Positions 22,797-35,768 of a stretch of 64,000 nt of DNA are shown one piece after another (positions within the stretch are counted from its first letter, which is position 1; each line of letters opens with the position of its first letter). Source of the stretch: Squalus acanthias (Eukaryota); contig CM059432.1 of the NCBI GenBank assembly GCA_030390025.1, forward strand, positions 1 through 64,000. Direction: 5' to 3'. Made by a program: the position numbers and the translations under genes. The notes beneath the pieces are model-generated. The model worked only from the letters and a program-made list of their open reading frames with translations, ran no database searches and had not been told where the DNA came from.

Positions 22797-23512
22797 TCTA
22801 GAAATATGAACTGGTGAATTGTGTAAAATGGTTGCCTTTAGAAAATGGTCGAAGACTGTGAAAACTGCAGCCACAGTGAGATCTCAAATAAACAAATCCT
22901 TGAAGCTGGGGGCCGAGGGCTGCTCAAATAACACAGTTAACAGGCCTGCAAGAGAAGACAAGCTCGCAGGGTGATCGAGTCTACGACAATAATTAACCCA
23001 AGATAAGGGTGACAATCTAGTCTAACGGTTGAGCAGTCGCAAATCACATAATAAGGGACCTCTGGAATTCCCGAAACGACCAAGGATACCGATTGGCTAA
23101 GGATGGACTCATCTCAGACAAAATGGCCGAATCTGCACACGGCACATAGATAGTAAAAATATCGATATAAAAGAAGGGAGCCAAGAGCTAGTTTAGCAGC
23201 GAGAACCTAGGAATCACACTCGAGAAGGGAGGAGCCACAAGTCCGGGACTTGTTGTCGGACACCAGCGCGAAGGCTGATCAACTTTCACACGGGTAATAT
23301 TGTTTTAAGCTAGCACACATGGGAAGTGAGCCCTGTGTCATTTCCCTTGTAAGTTATTCAAACAACTTGTTAACCAATAAAGTACTGAATGTATGCAACT
23401 TACTGAGTCCGACCGACATTTGACACTCTGAACTGAGAACCATAATTGTTGAACTGTTGTTGAGCTGACTACTTATTACTAGCTCAATAGATACAGTGAA
23501 TTCGGGACAACA
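22797..23512 (+). repeat. 3' LTR
   Basis: Copy of 13891-14606 with TATAAAA at 23166. It ends in CA, followed by the GGGG TSD. Confidence 0.95.
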
Positions 23513-24715
23513 GGGGAGTCGAGAACCAGGGGCCACAGCCTCAGGATAAGGGGTCGGCCATTCAGGACTGAGATGAGAAGAAATTTCTTCACACAGAGGG
23601 TGGTGAATCTTTGGAATTCTCTACCCCAGAGGGCTGTGGAGGCTCAGTCATTGGGTATATTCAAAACAGAAGTCGATAGATTTCTGACTAGTAAGGGTAT
23701 CAAGGGATATGGCGATAGGGCCGGTGAATGGAGTTGAGGCAGAAGATCAGCCGTGATCTCATTGAATGGTGGAGCAGGTTCAATGGGCCGAATGGCCGAC
23801 TCCTGCTCCTATTTCTTATGTTCTTAGCAAAATTTGCCTTTCCCCAATTTAGAATTTTTATTCCTGGTCTATCCTTGTCCTTTTTCATAACTACCTTAAA
23901 TCTAACAGAATTATGGTCACTAGCATCAAAATGCTCCCCCACTGATACGCCTTCTACCTGCCCAGCTTCATTCCCTAAAACTAAGTCCAGAACCGCCCCC
24001 TCCCTTGTTGGGCTTGCTACATACTGGCTAAAAAAGTTCTCCTGGATGCATTTTAGGAATTCCGCACCCTGTATACCCTTCACACTAATTTTATCCCAGT
24101 TAATATTGGGGTAGTTGAAATCCCCTACTATTACTGCCCTATAGTTTTTGCACTTCTCAGAAATTTGTCTACATATTTGTTCTTCTATCTCCCTCTCACT
24201 GTTTGGGGGTCTGTAGTACACTCCCAGCAGTGTGATCGCCCCTTTTTTGTTTTTCAATTCGACCCATATGGCCTCGTTTGATGATCCCTCCAACATATCA
24301 TCCCTCCTCACAGCTGTAATAGTTTCTTTAATCAATACCGCGACCCCCCCTCCCTTTTTACCTCCCTCTCTATCCCGTCTGAAAATCCTGTAACCAGGAA
24401 TGTTGAGCTGCCATACCTGCCCCTCTTTCAGCCACGTCTCTGTAATAGCTATAATATCATAGTCCCAAGTATCTACCTGTGCCCTCAGCTCATCTGCCTT
24501 GTTCGCTATACTCCTTGCATTGAAGTATATACCATTTAGTACAGGCAAACCTCCTTGTTGACTACTATCTAGCCCTTGATTCCTCTGTCCTTCCAATTTA
24601 CTTTCTACGTTTATGTTTTCCAATTCCAGTTTTTCTTCCCTCCCTACTGACTCTATACTTGGGTTCCCATCCCCCTGCCAAGCTAGTTTAAACCCTCCCC
24701 AACAGCACTAGCAAA

Positions 24716-24976
24716 TATCTCTTAACCTCTCCTGCCTTCTATCCTATCACAGACCTTCCCTTTTATTCTTTCATCCCCTCCCCCCTTTCCCACGCCCCTG
24801 CACTTGCTTAAAAATCTGTTCCATTTCCTGCTTTTTTCCAGTTCTGATGAAAGGTCAACCTGAAACGTTGACTCTGTTTCTCTCTTCACAGAGGCTGCCT
24901 GACCTGCTGAGTATCTCCAGCATTTTCTGTTTTTATTTCAGATTTCCAGCATCTGCAGTAATTTCTTTTTTCTTTT
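24716..24976 (+). mobile_element. Short non-autonomous retroelement, probably Penelope pseudo-LTR-derived, with a hammerhead-like core
   Basis: 12-bp TSD AGCACTAGCAAA at 24704-24715 and 24977-24988. CTGATGA-AAGGTCAACCT-GAAACGTT lies at 24844-24869. A related inverted copy occurs at about 34670-34766. Confidence 0.65.
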
Positions 24977-25536
24977 AGCACTAGCAAACCCTCCCGCGAG
25001 GATATTGGTCCCGTTCCCATTGAGGTGCAACCCGTCTGGCTTGTAGAGGTCCCACCTCCCCCAGAAACGGTTCCAATTCCTCAGGAATCTAAAGCCCTCC
25101 CTCCCACACCATCTCTCCAGCCACGCATTCATCTGCTCTGTCCTCCTATTTCTGGACTCACTAGCACGTGGCACTGGGAATAATCCGGAGATTACTACCT
25201 TTGAGGACCTGTTTCTTAACCTCTTCCCTAGCTCCCTAAACTCTGCCTGCAGGACCTCATCCCTCTTCCTACCTATGTCGCTGGTACCGATATGGACCAC
25301 AACCTCTGGCTGTTCACCCTCCCCCCTCAGAATGCCCTGCAGCCGTTCAGTGACATCCTTGACCCTGGAACCAGGGAGGCAACATACCATCCTGGAGTCA
25401 CGTCTGCGGCCACAGAAACGCCTGTCTGCTCCCCTAACTATTGAATCCCCTATCACTATTGCTCTCCCTCTCCTCTTCCCCCTGCCTGTGCAGCTGAGCC
25501 TTCCATGGTGCTGTGGACTTGGCTCTGGCTGCACTC

Positions 25537-28500
25537 CCCTCCGTCACTCACACACTGACCCCGCCCCACCCCGTCACACACACACTGACCCCGCCCCACC
25601 CCGTCACTCACACACTGACCCCGCCCCCTCCCTCCGTCACTCACACACTGACCCCGCCCCCGTCCTCTGTCACTCACACACTGACTCCGCCCCCGCCCTC
25701 CGTCACTCACACACTGACCCCGCCCCACCCCGTCACACACACACTGACCCCGCCCCACCCCGTCACTCACACACTGACCCCGCCCCACCCCGTCACTCAC
25801 ACACTGACCCCGCCCCACCCATCACTCACACACTGACCTCCGCCCCCTCCCTCCGTCACTCACACACTGACCCCGCCCCCTCCCTCCGTCACTCACACAC
25901 TGACCCCGCCCCCACCCCATCACTCACACACTGACCCCGCCCCCTCCCTCCGTCACCCACACACTGACCCCGCCCCATCCCGTCACTCACACACTGACCC
26001 CGCCCCATCCCGTCACTCACACACTGACCCCGCCCCCTCCCTCCGTCACACACACACTGACCCCGCCCCACCCCGTCACTCACACACTGACCCCGCCCCC
26101 TCCCTCCGTCACTCACACACTGACCCCGCCCCCGCTCTCCGTCACTCACACACTGACCCCACCCCCGCTCTCCGTCACTCACACACTGACCCCGCCCCCT
26201 CCTTCCGTCACTCACACACTGACCCCGCCCCCGCCCTCCGTCACTCACACACTGACCCCGCCCCCTCCCTCCGTCACTCACACACTGACCCCGCCCCCGC
26301 CCTCCGTCACTCACACACTGACCCCGCCCCCTCCCTCCATCACTCACACACTGACCCCGCCCCCTCCCTCCGTCACTCACACACTGACCCCGCCCCCGCC
26401 CTCCGTCACTCACACACTGACCCTGCCCCCTCCCTCCATCACTCGCACACTGACCCCGCCCCCTCCCTCCGTCACTCACACACTGACCCCGCCCCCGCCC
26501 TCCGTCACTCACACACTGACCCCGCCCCCTCCCTCCGTCACTCACACACTGACCCCGCCCCCTCCCTCCGTCACTCACACACTGACCCCGCCCCCTCCCT
26601 CCGTCACTCACACACTGACCCCGCCCCCTCCCTCCGTCACTCACACACTGATCCCGCCCCCACCCCGTCACTCACACACTGACCCCGCCCCCGCCCTCCG
26701 TCACTCACACACTGACTCCTCCCCCACCTCATCACACACACACTGACTCCGCCCCCGCCCTCCGTCACTCAAACACTGAACCCGCCCCCGCCCTCCGTCA
26801 CTCACACACTGACCCCGCCCTCCGTCACTCACACACTGACTCTGCCCCCCGCCCTCCGTCACTCACACACTGACTCCGCCCCCACCTCGTCACACACACA
26901 CTGACTCTGCCCCCGCCCTCCGTCACTCACACACTGACTCCGCCCCCACCCCGTCACTCACACACTGACCCCGCCCCCGCCCTCCGTCACTCACACACTG
27001 ACTCCGCCCCCCACCCCCGTCACTCACACACGGACTCCGCCCCCACCCCGTCACACACACACTGACTCCGCCCCCGCCCTCCATCACTCACACACTGACC
27101 CCGCCCCCACACCGTCACACACACACTGACCCCGCCCCCACCCCATCACTCACACACTGACTCCGCCCCCGCCCTCCGTCACACACACACTGACTCCGCC
27201 CCGCCCTCCGTCACTCACACACTGACTCCGCCCCACCTCATCACACACACACTGACTCCGCCCCCGCCCTCCATCACTCACACACTGACTCCGCCCCCAC
27301 CCCGTCACTCACACACTGACCCCGCCCCCGCCCTCCGTCACTCACACACTGACTCCGCCCCACCCCGTCACTCACACACTGACTCCGCCCCCACCCCGTC
27401 ACACACACACTGACTCCGCCCCCGCCCTCCATCACTCACACACTGACCCCGCCCCCACACCGTCACACACACACTGACCCCGCCCCCACCCCATCACTCA
27501 CACACTGACTCCGCCCCCGCCCTCCGTCACACACACACTGACCCCGCCCCACCCCGTCACTCACACACTGACTCTGCCCCCGCCCTCCGTCACTCACACA
27601 CTGACCCCGCCCACCCCGTCACTCACACACTGACCCCGCCCCCCGCCCTCCGTCACTCACACACTGACCCCGCCCCGGCCCCGTCACTCACACACTGACC
27701 CCGCCCCACCCCATCACTCACACACTGACCCCGCCCCCTCCCTCCGTCACTCACTCACTGACCCCGCCCCCACCCCATCACTCACACACTGACTACGCCC
27801 TCAGTCATCACACACTGACCCCGCCCCACCCGTCACTCACACACTGAACCCGCCCCACCCCGTCACTCACACACTGACCCCCCCCTCCCTCCGTCACTCA
27901 CACACTGACCCCGCCCCCAACCTGTCACTCACCACTGACCCCGCCCCTCCCTCCGTCACTCACACACTGACTCCGCCCCCTCCCTCCGTCACTCACACAC
28001 TGACCGCGCCCCCTCCCTCCGTCACTCACTCACTGACCCCGCCCCCACCCCATCACTCACACACTGACCCGCCCCCTCCCTCCGTCACCCACACACTGAC
28101 CCCGCCCCATCCCGTCACTCACACACTGACCCCGCCCCATCCTGTCACTCACACACTGACCCCGCCCCCTCCCTCCGTCACACACACACTGACCCCGCCC
28201 CACCCCGTCACTCACACACTAACCTCGCCCCCGCTCTCCGTCACTCACACACTGACCCCACCCCTGCTCTCCGTCACTCACACACTGACCCCGCCCCCTC
28301 CCTCCGTCACTCACACACTCACCCCCGCCCCCGCTCTCCGTCACTCACACACTGACCCCGCCCCCTCCCTCCGTCACTCACACACTGACCCCGCCCCCCT
28401 CCCTGTGTCACTCACACACTGACCCCGCCCCCTCCCTCCGTCACTCACACACTGATCCCGCCCCCACCCCCACCCCGTCACTCACACACTGACCCCGCCC

Positions 28501-30417
28501 CCTCCCTCCGTCACTCACACACTGACCCCCGCCCCCGCCCTCCGTCACTCACACACTGACCCCGCCCCCCGCCCTCCGTCACTCACACACTGACCCCGCC
28601 CCCTCCCTCCATCACTCGCACACTGACCCCGCCCCCTCCCTCCGTCACTCACACACTGACCCCGCCCCGCCCTCCGTCACTCACACACTGACCCCGCCCC
28701 CTCCCTCCGTCACTCACACACTGACCCCGCCCCCTCCCTCCGTCACTCACACACTGATCCCGCCCCCACCCTGTCACTCACACACTGACCCCGCCCCCTC
28801 CCTCAGTCACTCACACACTGACCCTGCCCCCTCCCTCCGTCACTCACACACTGATCCCGCCCCCACCCCGTCACTCACACACTGACCCCGCCCTCCGTCA
28901 CTCACACACTGACTCCGCCCCACCTCATCACACACACACTGACTCCGCCCCTGCCCTCCGTCACTCACACACTGACCGTGCCCCCGCCCTCCGTCACTCA
29001 CACACTGACCCCGCCCCCGCCCTCCGTCACTCACACACTGACTCCGCCCCCGCCCTCCGTCACTCACACACTGACTCCGCCCCCACCTCATCACGCACAC
29101 ACTGACTCTGCCCCCGCCCTCCGTCACTCACACACTGACTCCGCCCCCACCCCGTCACTCACACACTGACCCCGCCCCCGCCCTCCGTCACTCACACACT
29201 GACTCCGCCCCCGCTCTCCGTCACTCACACACTGACTCCGCCCCCACCCCGTCACTCACACACTGACCCCGCCCCCGCCCTCCGTCACTCACACACTGAC
29301 TCCGCCCCCGCCCTCCGTCACTCACACACTGACCCCGCCCCACCCCGTCACACACACACTGACCCCGCCCCCCGCCCTCCGTCACTCACACACTGACCCC
29401 GCCCCGGCCCCATCGTCACTCACACACTGACCCCGCCCCACCCCGTCACTCACACACTGACCCCGCCCCCTCCCTCCGTCACTCACTCACTGACCCCGCC
29501 CCCACCCCGTCACTCACACACTGACTCCGCCCTCCGCCCTCAGTCACTCACACACTGACCCCACCCCCACCCCGTCACTCACACACTGACTCCACCCCTG
29601 CCCTCCGTCACTCACACACTGACCACGCCCCCTCCCTCCGTCACTCACACACTGACTCTGCCCCCCGCCCTCCGTCACTCACTCACTGACCCCGCCCCCG
29701 CCCTCCGTCACTCACTCACTGACCCCGCCCCCGCCCTCCGTCACTCACTCACTGACCCCGCCCCCGCCCTCCTTCACTCACGCGCTGACCCCGCCCCCGC
29801 CCCGTCACTCACACGCTGACTTCGCCCCCTCCCCGTCACTCACGCGCTGACCCCGCCCCCGCCCTGTCACTCACACACTGACCCCGCCCCCGCCCCGTCA
29901 CTCACACACTGACCCCGCCCCCGCCCTCCGTCACTCACACACTGACCCCGCCCCCACCCCGTCACTCACACACTGACCCCGCCCCCGCCCTCCGTCACTC
30001 ACTCACTGACTCCGCCCCGCCCCGTCACTCACGCGCTGACCCCGCCCCCGCCCTCCGTCACTCACTCACTGACTCCGCCCCCGCCCCGTCACTCACACGC
30101 TGACTTCGCCCCCGCCCCGTCACTCACGCGCTGACCCCGCCCCCGCCCCGTCACTCACACACTGACCCCGCCCCGTCACTCACACACTGACCCCGCCCCC
30201 GCCCTCCGTCACTCACACACTGACCCCGCCCCCACCCCGTCACTCACACACTGACCCCGCCCCCGCCCTCCGTCACTCACTCACTGACTCCGCCCCGCCC
30301 CGTCACTCACGCGCTGACCCCGCCCCCGCCCTCCGTCACTCACTCACTGACTCCGCCCCCGCCCTGTCACTCACGTGCTGACCCCGCCCCCGCCCCGTCA
30401 CTCACACACTGACCCCT
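25537..30417. repeat. C-rich minisatellite, right part (ccgtcactcacacactgaccccgccccc variants)
   Basis: Tandem variant units of about 27-33 bp with the same core as 4315-8425. Confidence 0.95.
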
Positions 30418-31084
30418 CCACCCACTGTAAGAGTCACCCACACAGTGTGGGACTGGAGTCACGTGTAGGCCCAGACCGCTGAAGGACATCAGTGACCCAG
30501 TTGGGTTTTTACGACAATCCGACAGTTTTCATAGTGACACAAATGATCCCATTTATTCAATTCAATTTCACAACTTGCCCTGGTGGGATTTTAACTCACG
30601 ATCTCTGGGCTTTTATTACAATGCAAGTCACACACAATCCTGACTTGGAAATATATCGCCGATCCTTCATTGTCGCTGGGTCAAAATCCTGGAACTCCCT
30701 CCCGAACAGCACTGTGGGAGCACCTTCACTACACGGACTGCAGCGGTTCAAGAAGGCAGCTCACCACCACCTTCTCAAGGGCAATAAATGCTGGCCTCGC
30801 CAGCGACGCCCATGTCCCAGGAACAAATAAATAAAAGATAATAATAAATTAAATTGTGATCTGGCCAGGACCCAGTTTGCTGCCATTATTAGGGAAAGCA
30901 AAACAGCCTCAGGCATTGTCTGAGGACACGTCCCACTCCATCATCCTCCTACACGTTTGTTACAGGATCTGCAAACGTTCACATTCTGCTAATGGATAAT
31001 AATATGCTATTTTATGCTAATGTATGCTAATATTATAATATGCTAATGGCTAATAATCCTGTACATTTTTGAAGGGAAGTAATC

Positions 31085-31625
31085 AGCTGGAGTATTGTGT
31101 CCAATTCTGGGCACCGCACTTTCGGAAGGATGTCAAGGCCTTGGAGAGGGTGCAGAGGAGATTTACTAGAAAGGTTCCAGGGATGAGGGACTCCAGTTAT
31201 GTGGAGAGACTGGAGAAGCTGGGATAGAGCAGAGAAGGTTAAGGGGAGATTTACTAGAATTGTTCAAAATCAATTATGAGGGGTTTTGCATAAGGAGAAA
31301 CTGTTTCCAGTGGCAGGAGGGTCGGTAACCAGAGGGCACAGATTGAAGAAAATTGGCAAAAAATCTAGGTGGGAGATGAGTAAAGACTGTTTTTACGCAG
31401 CGAGTTGTTGTGATCTGGAACGCGCTGCCTGAAAGGGCGGTGGAAGCAGATTCAATAGTAACTTTCAAAAGAGAATTGGATAAATACTCGAAGGGGAGAA
31501 AATTACAGGGCAATGGGGAAAGAGCAGGGGGAGTGGGACTAATTGGAGAGCTCGTTCAAAGAGCCGGCACAGGCACGATGGGCCGAATGGCCTCCTCCTG
31601 TGCTGTATCATTCTATGATTCTAAG
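31085..31625 (+). mobile_element. Degraded CR1 3' fragment
   Basis: LEYCVQFW-type and WNALP motifs with a ttctatgattcta tail. Confidence 0.75.
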
Positions 31626-31736
31626 TGGGAGAGAACTGACTCCTGAACACTACCAGGAGCTGCAGGTCGACTGAGAAGGTTTGCACTGGAGAAAAGGAGG
31701 CCCAAGGAGAGATACTGAAAAAAAGACTTGAAAGGT

Positions 31737-31872
31737 TTGCATTTCTATAGCGCCTTTCACGACCACAGGATGTCCCAAAGTGCTTTACAGCCAATTAAGT
31801 ACTTTTTCAAGTGTAGTCACTGTTGTAATGTAGGAAACACGGCAGCCAACTCATGCACAGCAAGCTCCCACA
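31737..31872 (-). mobile_element. Deu-type SINE 3' fragment
   Basis: Minus-strand tail gaaaggcgctatagaaatgcaa with the conserved body ggctgccgtgtttcctacattacaacagtgact, recognised from memory of shark Deu-SINEs. Confidence 0.55.
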
Positions 31873-33930
31873 ACAACCACAACCATCTTCCTTTGTGCTA
31901 GGTATGACTCCAGCCAGTAGAGAGTTTCCCCCCCGATTCCCATTGACTTCAGTTTTACTAGGGCTCCTTGATGCCACACTCGGACAAATGCTGCCTTGAT
32001 GTCATGTGCAGTCACTCTCACCTCACCTCTGGAATTCAGCTCTTTTGTCCATGTTTGGACCAAGGCTGTAATGAGGTCGGGAGCCGTGTGGTCTTGGCGG
32101 AACCCAAACTGGGCATCAGTGAGTCGGTTTTTGGTGAGTAAGTGTCGTTTGGTAGCACTGTCGATGACACCTTCCATCACTTTGCTGATGATTGAGAGTA
32201 GACTGATGGGGCGGTAATTGGCCGGATTGGATTTGTCCTGCTTTTTGTGGACAGGACATACCTGGGCAGTGACGTAAGAAAACTACTAGGCACTTGGTCT
32301 CAGCGTTAAACAAAGCTTTAATCAACTGTTTTCCAACATGGAGATCTAGTTGTGTCCTTCACTAGTTCCTGTTGAGGAATGTCCGAAGCAAGCTGGGCCC
32401 ATGCCTGAGTATTTATACTCTCCCTGGACAGCACCACCAGCAGGCCGCCCAGTATTACTTCATACATGAATGACAAGATTCATGTCAGTCAGTTTCCACA
32501 TTGTCGGGTAGATGCCAGTGTTGTAGCTGTACTGGAACAGCTTGGCGAGAGGCGCGGCTAGTTCTGGAGCACAAGTCTTCAGCATGACAGCCGGGATGTT
32601 GTCAGGGCCCACAGCCTTTGCTGTATCCAGTGTGCTCAGCCGTTTCCTGATATCACGTGGAGTGAATTGAATTGGCTGAAGACTGGCTTCTGTGATGGTG
32701 GGGACCTCAGGAGGTGACTGAGGTGGATCATCCACTCGGCACTTCTGGCTGAAGATGGTTGCAAAATCTTCAGCCTTGTCTTTTGCACTCACGAGCTGGG
32801 CTCCACCATCATTGAGGATGGGGATATTCCTGGAGCCTCCCTCCTCCCGTTAGTTGTTTAATGGTCCACCACCATTCACGACTGGATGTGGCAGGACTGC
32901 AGAGCTTTGATCTAATCCATTGATTGTGGGATCTCTTAGCCCTGTCTATAGCATGCTGCTTCCGCCTTTTAGCATGTATGTAGTCCTGTGTTGTAGCCTC
33001 ATTTTTAGGTATGCCTGGTGCTGCTCCTGGCATGCTCTTCTACGCTCCTTATTGAACCAGGGTTGGTCCCCTGGCTTGATGGTAATGGTAGAGTGAGGGA
33101 TATGTCGGGCCATGAGGTTACAGATTGTGGTGGAATATAATTCTGCTGCTGCTGATGGCCCACAGCACCTCATGGATGCCCAGTTTTGAGCTGCTAGATC
33201 TGTTCTGAATCTATCCCATTTAGCACGATGGTAGTGCCACACAACACGATGGAGGGTGTCCTCCGTGTGAAGACGGGAGTTCATCTCCACAATGACTGTG
33301 TGGTGGTCACTGCTACCAATGCTGTCATGGACAGATGCATCTGCGACAGGTAGATTGGTGAGGACGAGGTCAAGTAGGTTTTTCCCTCGTTTTGGTTCTC
33401 TCACCACCTGCCGCAGGCCCAGACTGGCAGCTATGTCCTTCAGGACTTGGCCAGCTCGGTCAGTAGTGTTGCTACCGAGCCACTCTTGGTGATGGATATT
33501 GAAGTCCCCCATCCAGAGTACATTCTGTGCCCTTGCTACTCTCAGTGCTTCTTCCAAGTGGTGTTCAACATGGCAGAGTAGGTAATCAGCAGGAGGTTTC
33601 CTTGCCCATGCTTGACCTGAAGCCATGAGACTTCATGGGGTCCGGAGTCAATGTTGAGGACTCCCAGGGCCACTCCTTCCCGACTGTATACCACTGTGCC
33701 ACCACCCCTGGTGGGTCTGTCCTGCTGGTGGGACAGGACATACCCAGGGATGGTGATGGAGGAGTTCGGGACATTGGCTGAAAGGTATGATTCTGTGAGT
33801 ATGACTATGTCAGGATGTTGCTAGTCTGTGGGACAGCTCTCCCAATTTTGGCACAAGTCCCCAGATGTTGGTGAGGAGGACTTTACAGGGTCGCCTGGGC
33901 TGGGTGTGCCGTTGTGTGCAGTGGTCGTAA
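31860..33930 (-). mobile_element. Non-LTR retrotransposon fragment: APE endonuclease and N-terminal RT (same family as 83-820)
   Basis: GDFN, LDLVLTN, SDH, KAVGPDNIP, QFGFR and DIKAAF motifs across ORFs 32946..33626, 32460..32792 and 31851..32180. Confidence 0.85.
32270..32487 (-). mobile_element. Short (218 bp) solo LTR-like element, copy 1
   Basis: TGAC...GTCA termini and an imperfect 5-bp TSD (GGCAG/GTCAG). It interrupts a LINE ORF. An inverted copy lies at 38605-38822. Confidence 0.65.
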
Positions 33931-34342
33931 TCAACGTTCCCTGTTAGCCGCGCGGGCGCTCAGCGCTCCAGGGGACCCGCGCAGCCGGTGAGCCGGCTTC
34001 GAAATTGAAAAGAAATGCGCAGGCGCGGAATTTTGAATGGGCCGCGCCGCCCGTTAAAGGAGCCTCGCGGCCCCAAATGAAATTACAGGGAAAATTGTCT
34101 CCGAACACCGACCTCTGAGGAACACCACTGAATACTTCCCTCCGGTCTGAAACACAACCCTTCACCACTATTGGCCGCCAGTCAAATCCGTTGATGTCCA
34201 GCTGAATTCTACTTTGAGAATTATCACTGGTACGCTGTTATCGACACCAACAGCTTGACTGCCTGTGCTTGCAAACATCGCCCCACCACACCTACGCTGC
34301 GATTATGCAGTCTCCAGAGAACACAACTGCAACACCAGCTCA

Positions 34343-34615
34343 GGTAAACATGACCAAGAATCTGTCAGATTGTCGTAAAAGCCCAACTGGTTCACTGATG
34401 TCCCTTTAGGGAAGGAAACCTGCCGTCCTTACCCGGTCTGGGCCTATAGGTGACTCCAGTCCCACACTAACCTGGTTGACCCTGAACTGCCCCATGAAGT
34501 AGCCCAGCGAGACACTCAGTTGTATCAGACCTGCTATTGGGGAACTGGGGATGGGCAAAAAACGTCGGCCTTGCCAGGGACGCCCACATCCCAAGAATGA
34601 ATAAATAAATAAAAA
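34343..34615 (+). mobile_element. SINE body and LINE-shared tail fragment
   Basis: The tail ggccttgccagggacgcccacatccc...aataaataaa is shared with the 83-820 LINE family. A near-identical copy starts at 63641. Confidence 0.6.
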
Positions 34616-35768
34616 GTGCTTGAGAGAGAGTTGAGAGGAATTGTGAATGACAAAAGGAAAATGTTAAATCACAACAGAAAATGCTGGGAACACTCAGCAG
34701 GTCAGGCAGCATTGAGGAGAGAGAGAAACAGAGTCAACGTTTCCAGTCGGGGAACCTTCGTCAGAAGGAAAATGTTAGTTTGGCTAAAGGAAGACAAAGC
34801 ATCAGGAGCTGATGGGATTAATCCTGGGATCCTGAGGGAGATTGAGGAGATAATTGGAGATTATATTACTGGGTCGACTGAGTGTGGATGTGTGCCCAAG
34901 GACTGGAGAGTGATCAATGTATTACATAGAATGTACAGCACAGAAAGAGTCCATTCGGCCCAACTGGTCCGTGCCGGTGTTTCTGCTCCACACGAGCCTC
35001 CTCCCACCCCTCTTCATCTCACCCCATCACCATATCCTTCTATTCCCTTCTCCCTCATGTGTTTATCCAGCTTCCCCTTAAATGCATCTTTACTATTCGC
35101 CTCAACCACTCCCTGTGGTAGCGAGTTCCACATTCTCACCACTCTCTGGGTAAAGAAGTTTCTCCTGAATTCCCTATTGGATTTATTAGTGACTGTCTCA
35201 TATTTATGGCCCCTAGTTCTGGTCTCTCCCAACAAGTTGAAACATCTTCTCTACATCTTCCCCATCAAACCCTTTCATTACGTTAAAGACCTCGATCAGG
35301 AGTGAAGGTGAAGAGAGTCAGTGAACTGAGGAGTGAGAATCAGGCAGCTAAATGGTTAAATCTGACAACAAATATTAAGAAATAACAAAGGGTAAAAAAT
35401 GTATTTTTCAAACGATATGGAAATGTGAATAATGCTAATGTTGGTGTGGGCTCCACCCCCTGAGCCTCAGTGGCTGGTTTTGGCCCTCCCCTTAAATCTC
35501 ATTGGTTGGCTGCCTCATGAGCTGATATTTGGGTTGGAACCTCATGCTCTGGAAAGGCGGAGGGACGAGGAGGCGAAACATATTGTGTGTGGAGTCTGGG
35601 ATCAGGAGTTGGAGCAGAATTCTCTTTAAGAAGGTCGAGTGAAGCCTGGCTTTAATTTGGTGACTGGTTGGTCTAAACTGTGCTGTGTGGTTTGGGTCTG
35701 TGTTCTTGTGTCTTTACTAACGGAGGATCCTCCCTCTCTGTTTCACTCATTCCTGCAGGTTTTAAACC

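Larger units (their letters stand above)
13891..23512 (+). mobile_element. Endogenous retrovirus-like provirus (lokiretrovirus-type architecture), full length but mutated
   Basis: Paired 716-bp LTRs, GGGG TSD, PBS, PPT, gag-pol-ORFX-env order, dual RNase H and an F-protein-like env. Confidence 0.85.
12505..23822 (+). mobile_element. CR1 LINE 'C', 5'-truncated, inserted in CR1-A and itself split by the provirus (12505-13890 and 23513-23822)
   Basis: RT ORFs 12602..13456 and 13353..13890. The sequence resumes at 23513 (ggggagtcgagaaccaggg = GESRTRG) and runs to a CR1 tail. Confidence 0.9.
8427..25536 (-). mobile_element. CR1 LINE 'A' (ORF1 esterase to 3' tail), split by nested insertions into 25536-24977, 24715-23823, 12504-10812 and 8901-8427
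   Basis: The fragments are collinear: SGNH esterase (IVIGDS, HIGTSD, DGLHL), APE endonuclease (NARS, ITETW, GDFN, SDH), RT ([15 protein letters not shown]), WNSLP end, and a (TTCTATGA) tail at 8427-8445. The junctions rejoin seamlessly. Confidence 0.85.

Noticed and set aside
13891..23512. Ordinary Ty3/Gypsy retrotransposon or gamma/epsilon-type ERV
   Set aside because: A second RNase H and an env argue against plain Gypsy. The lack of a visible ISD/CX6CC block and the F-like Cys pattern argue against a gamma-type Env. Phylogeny is still needed.
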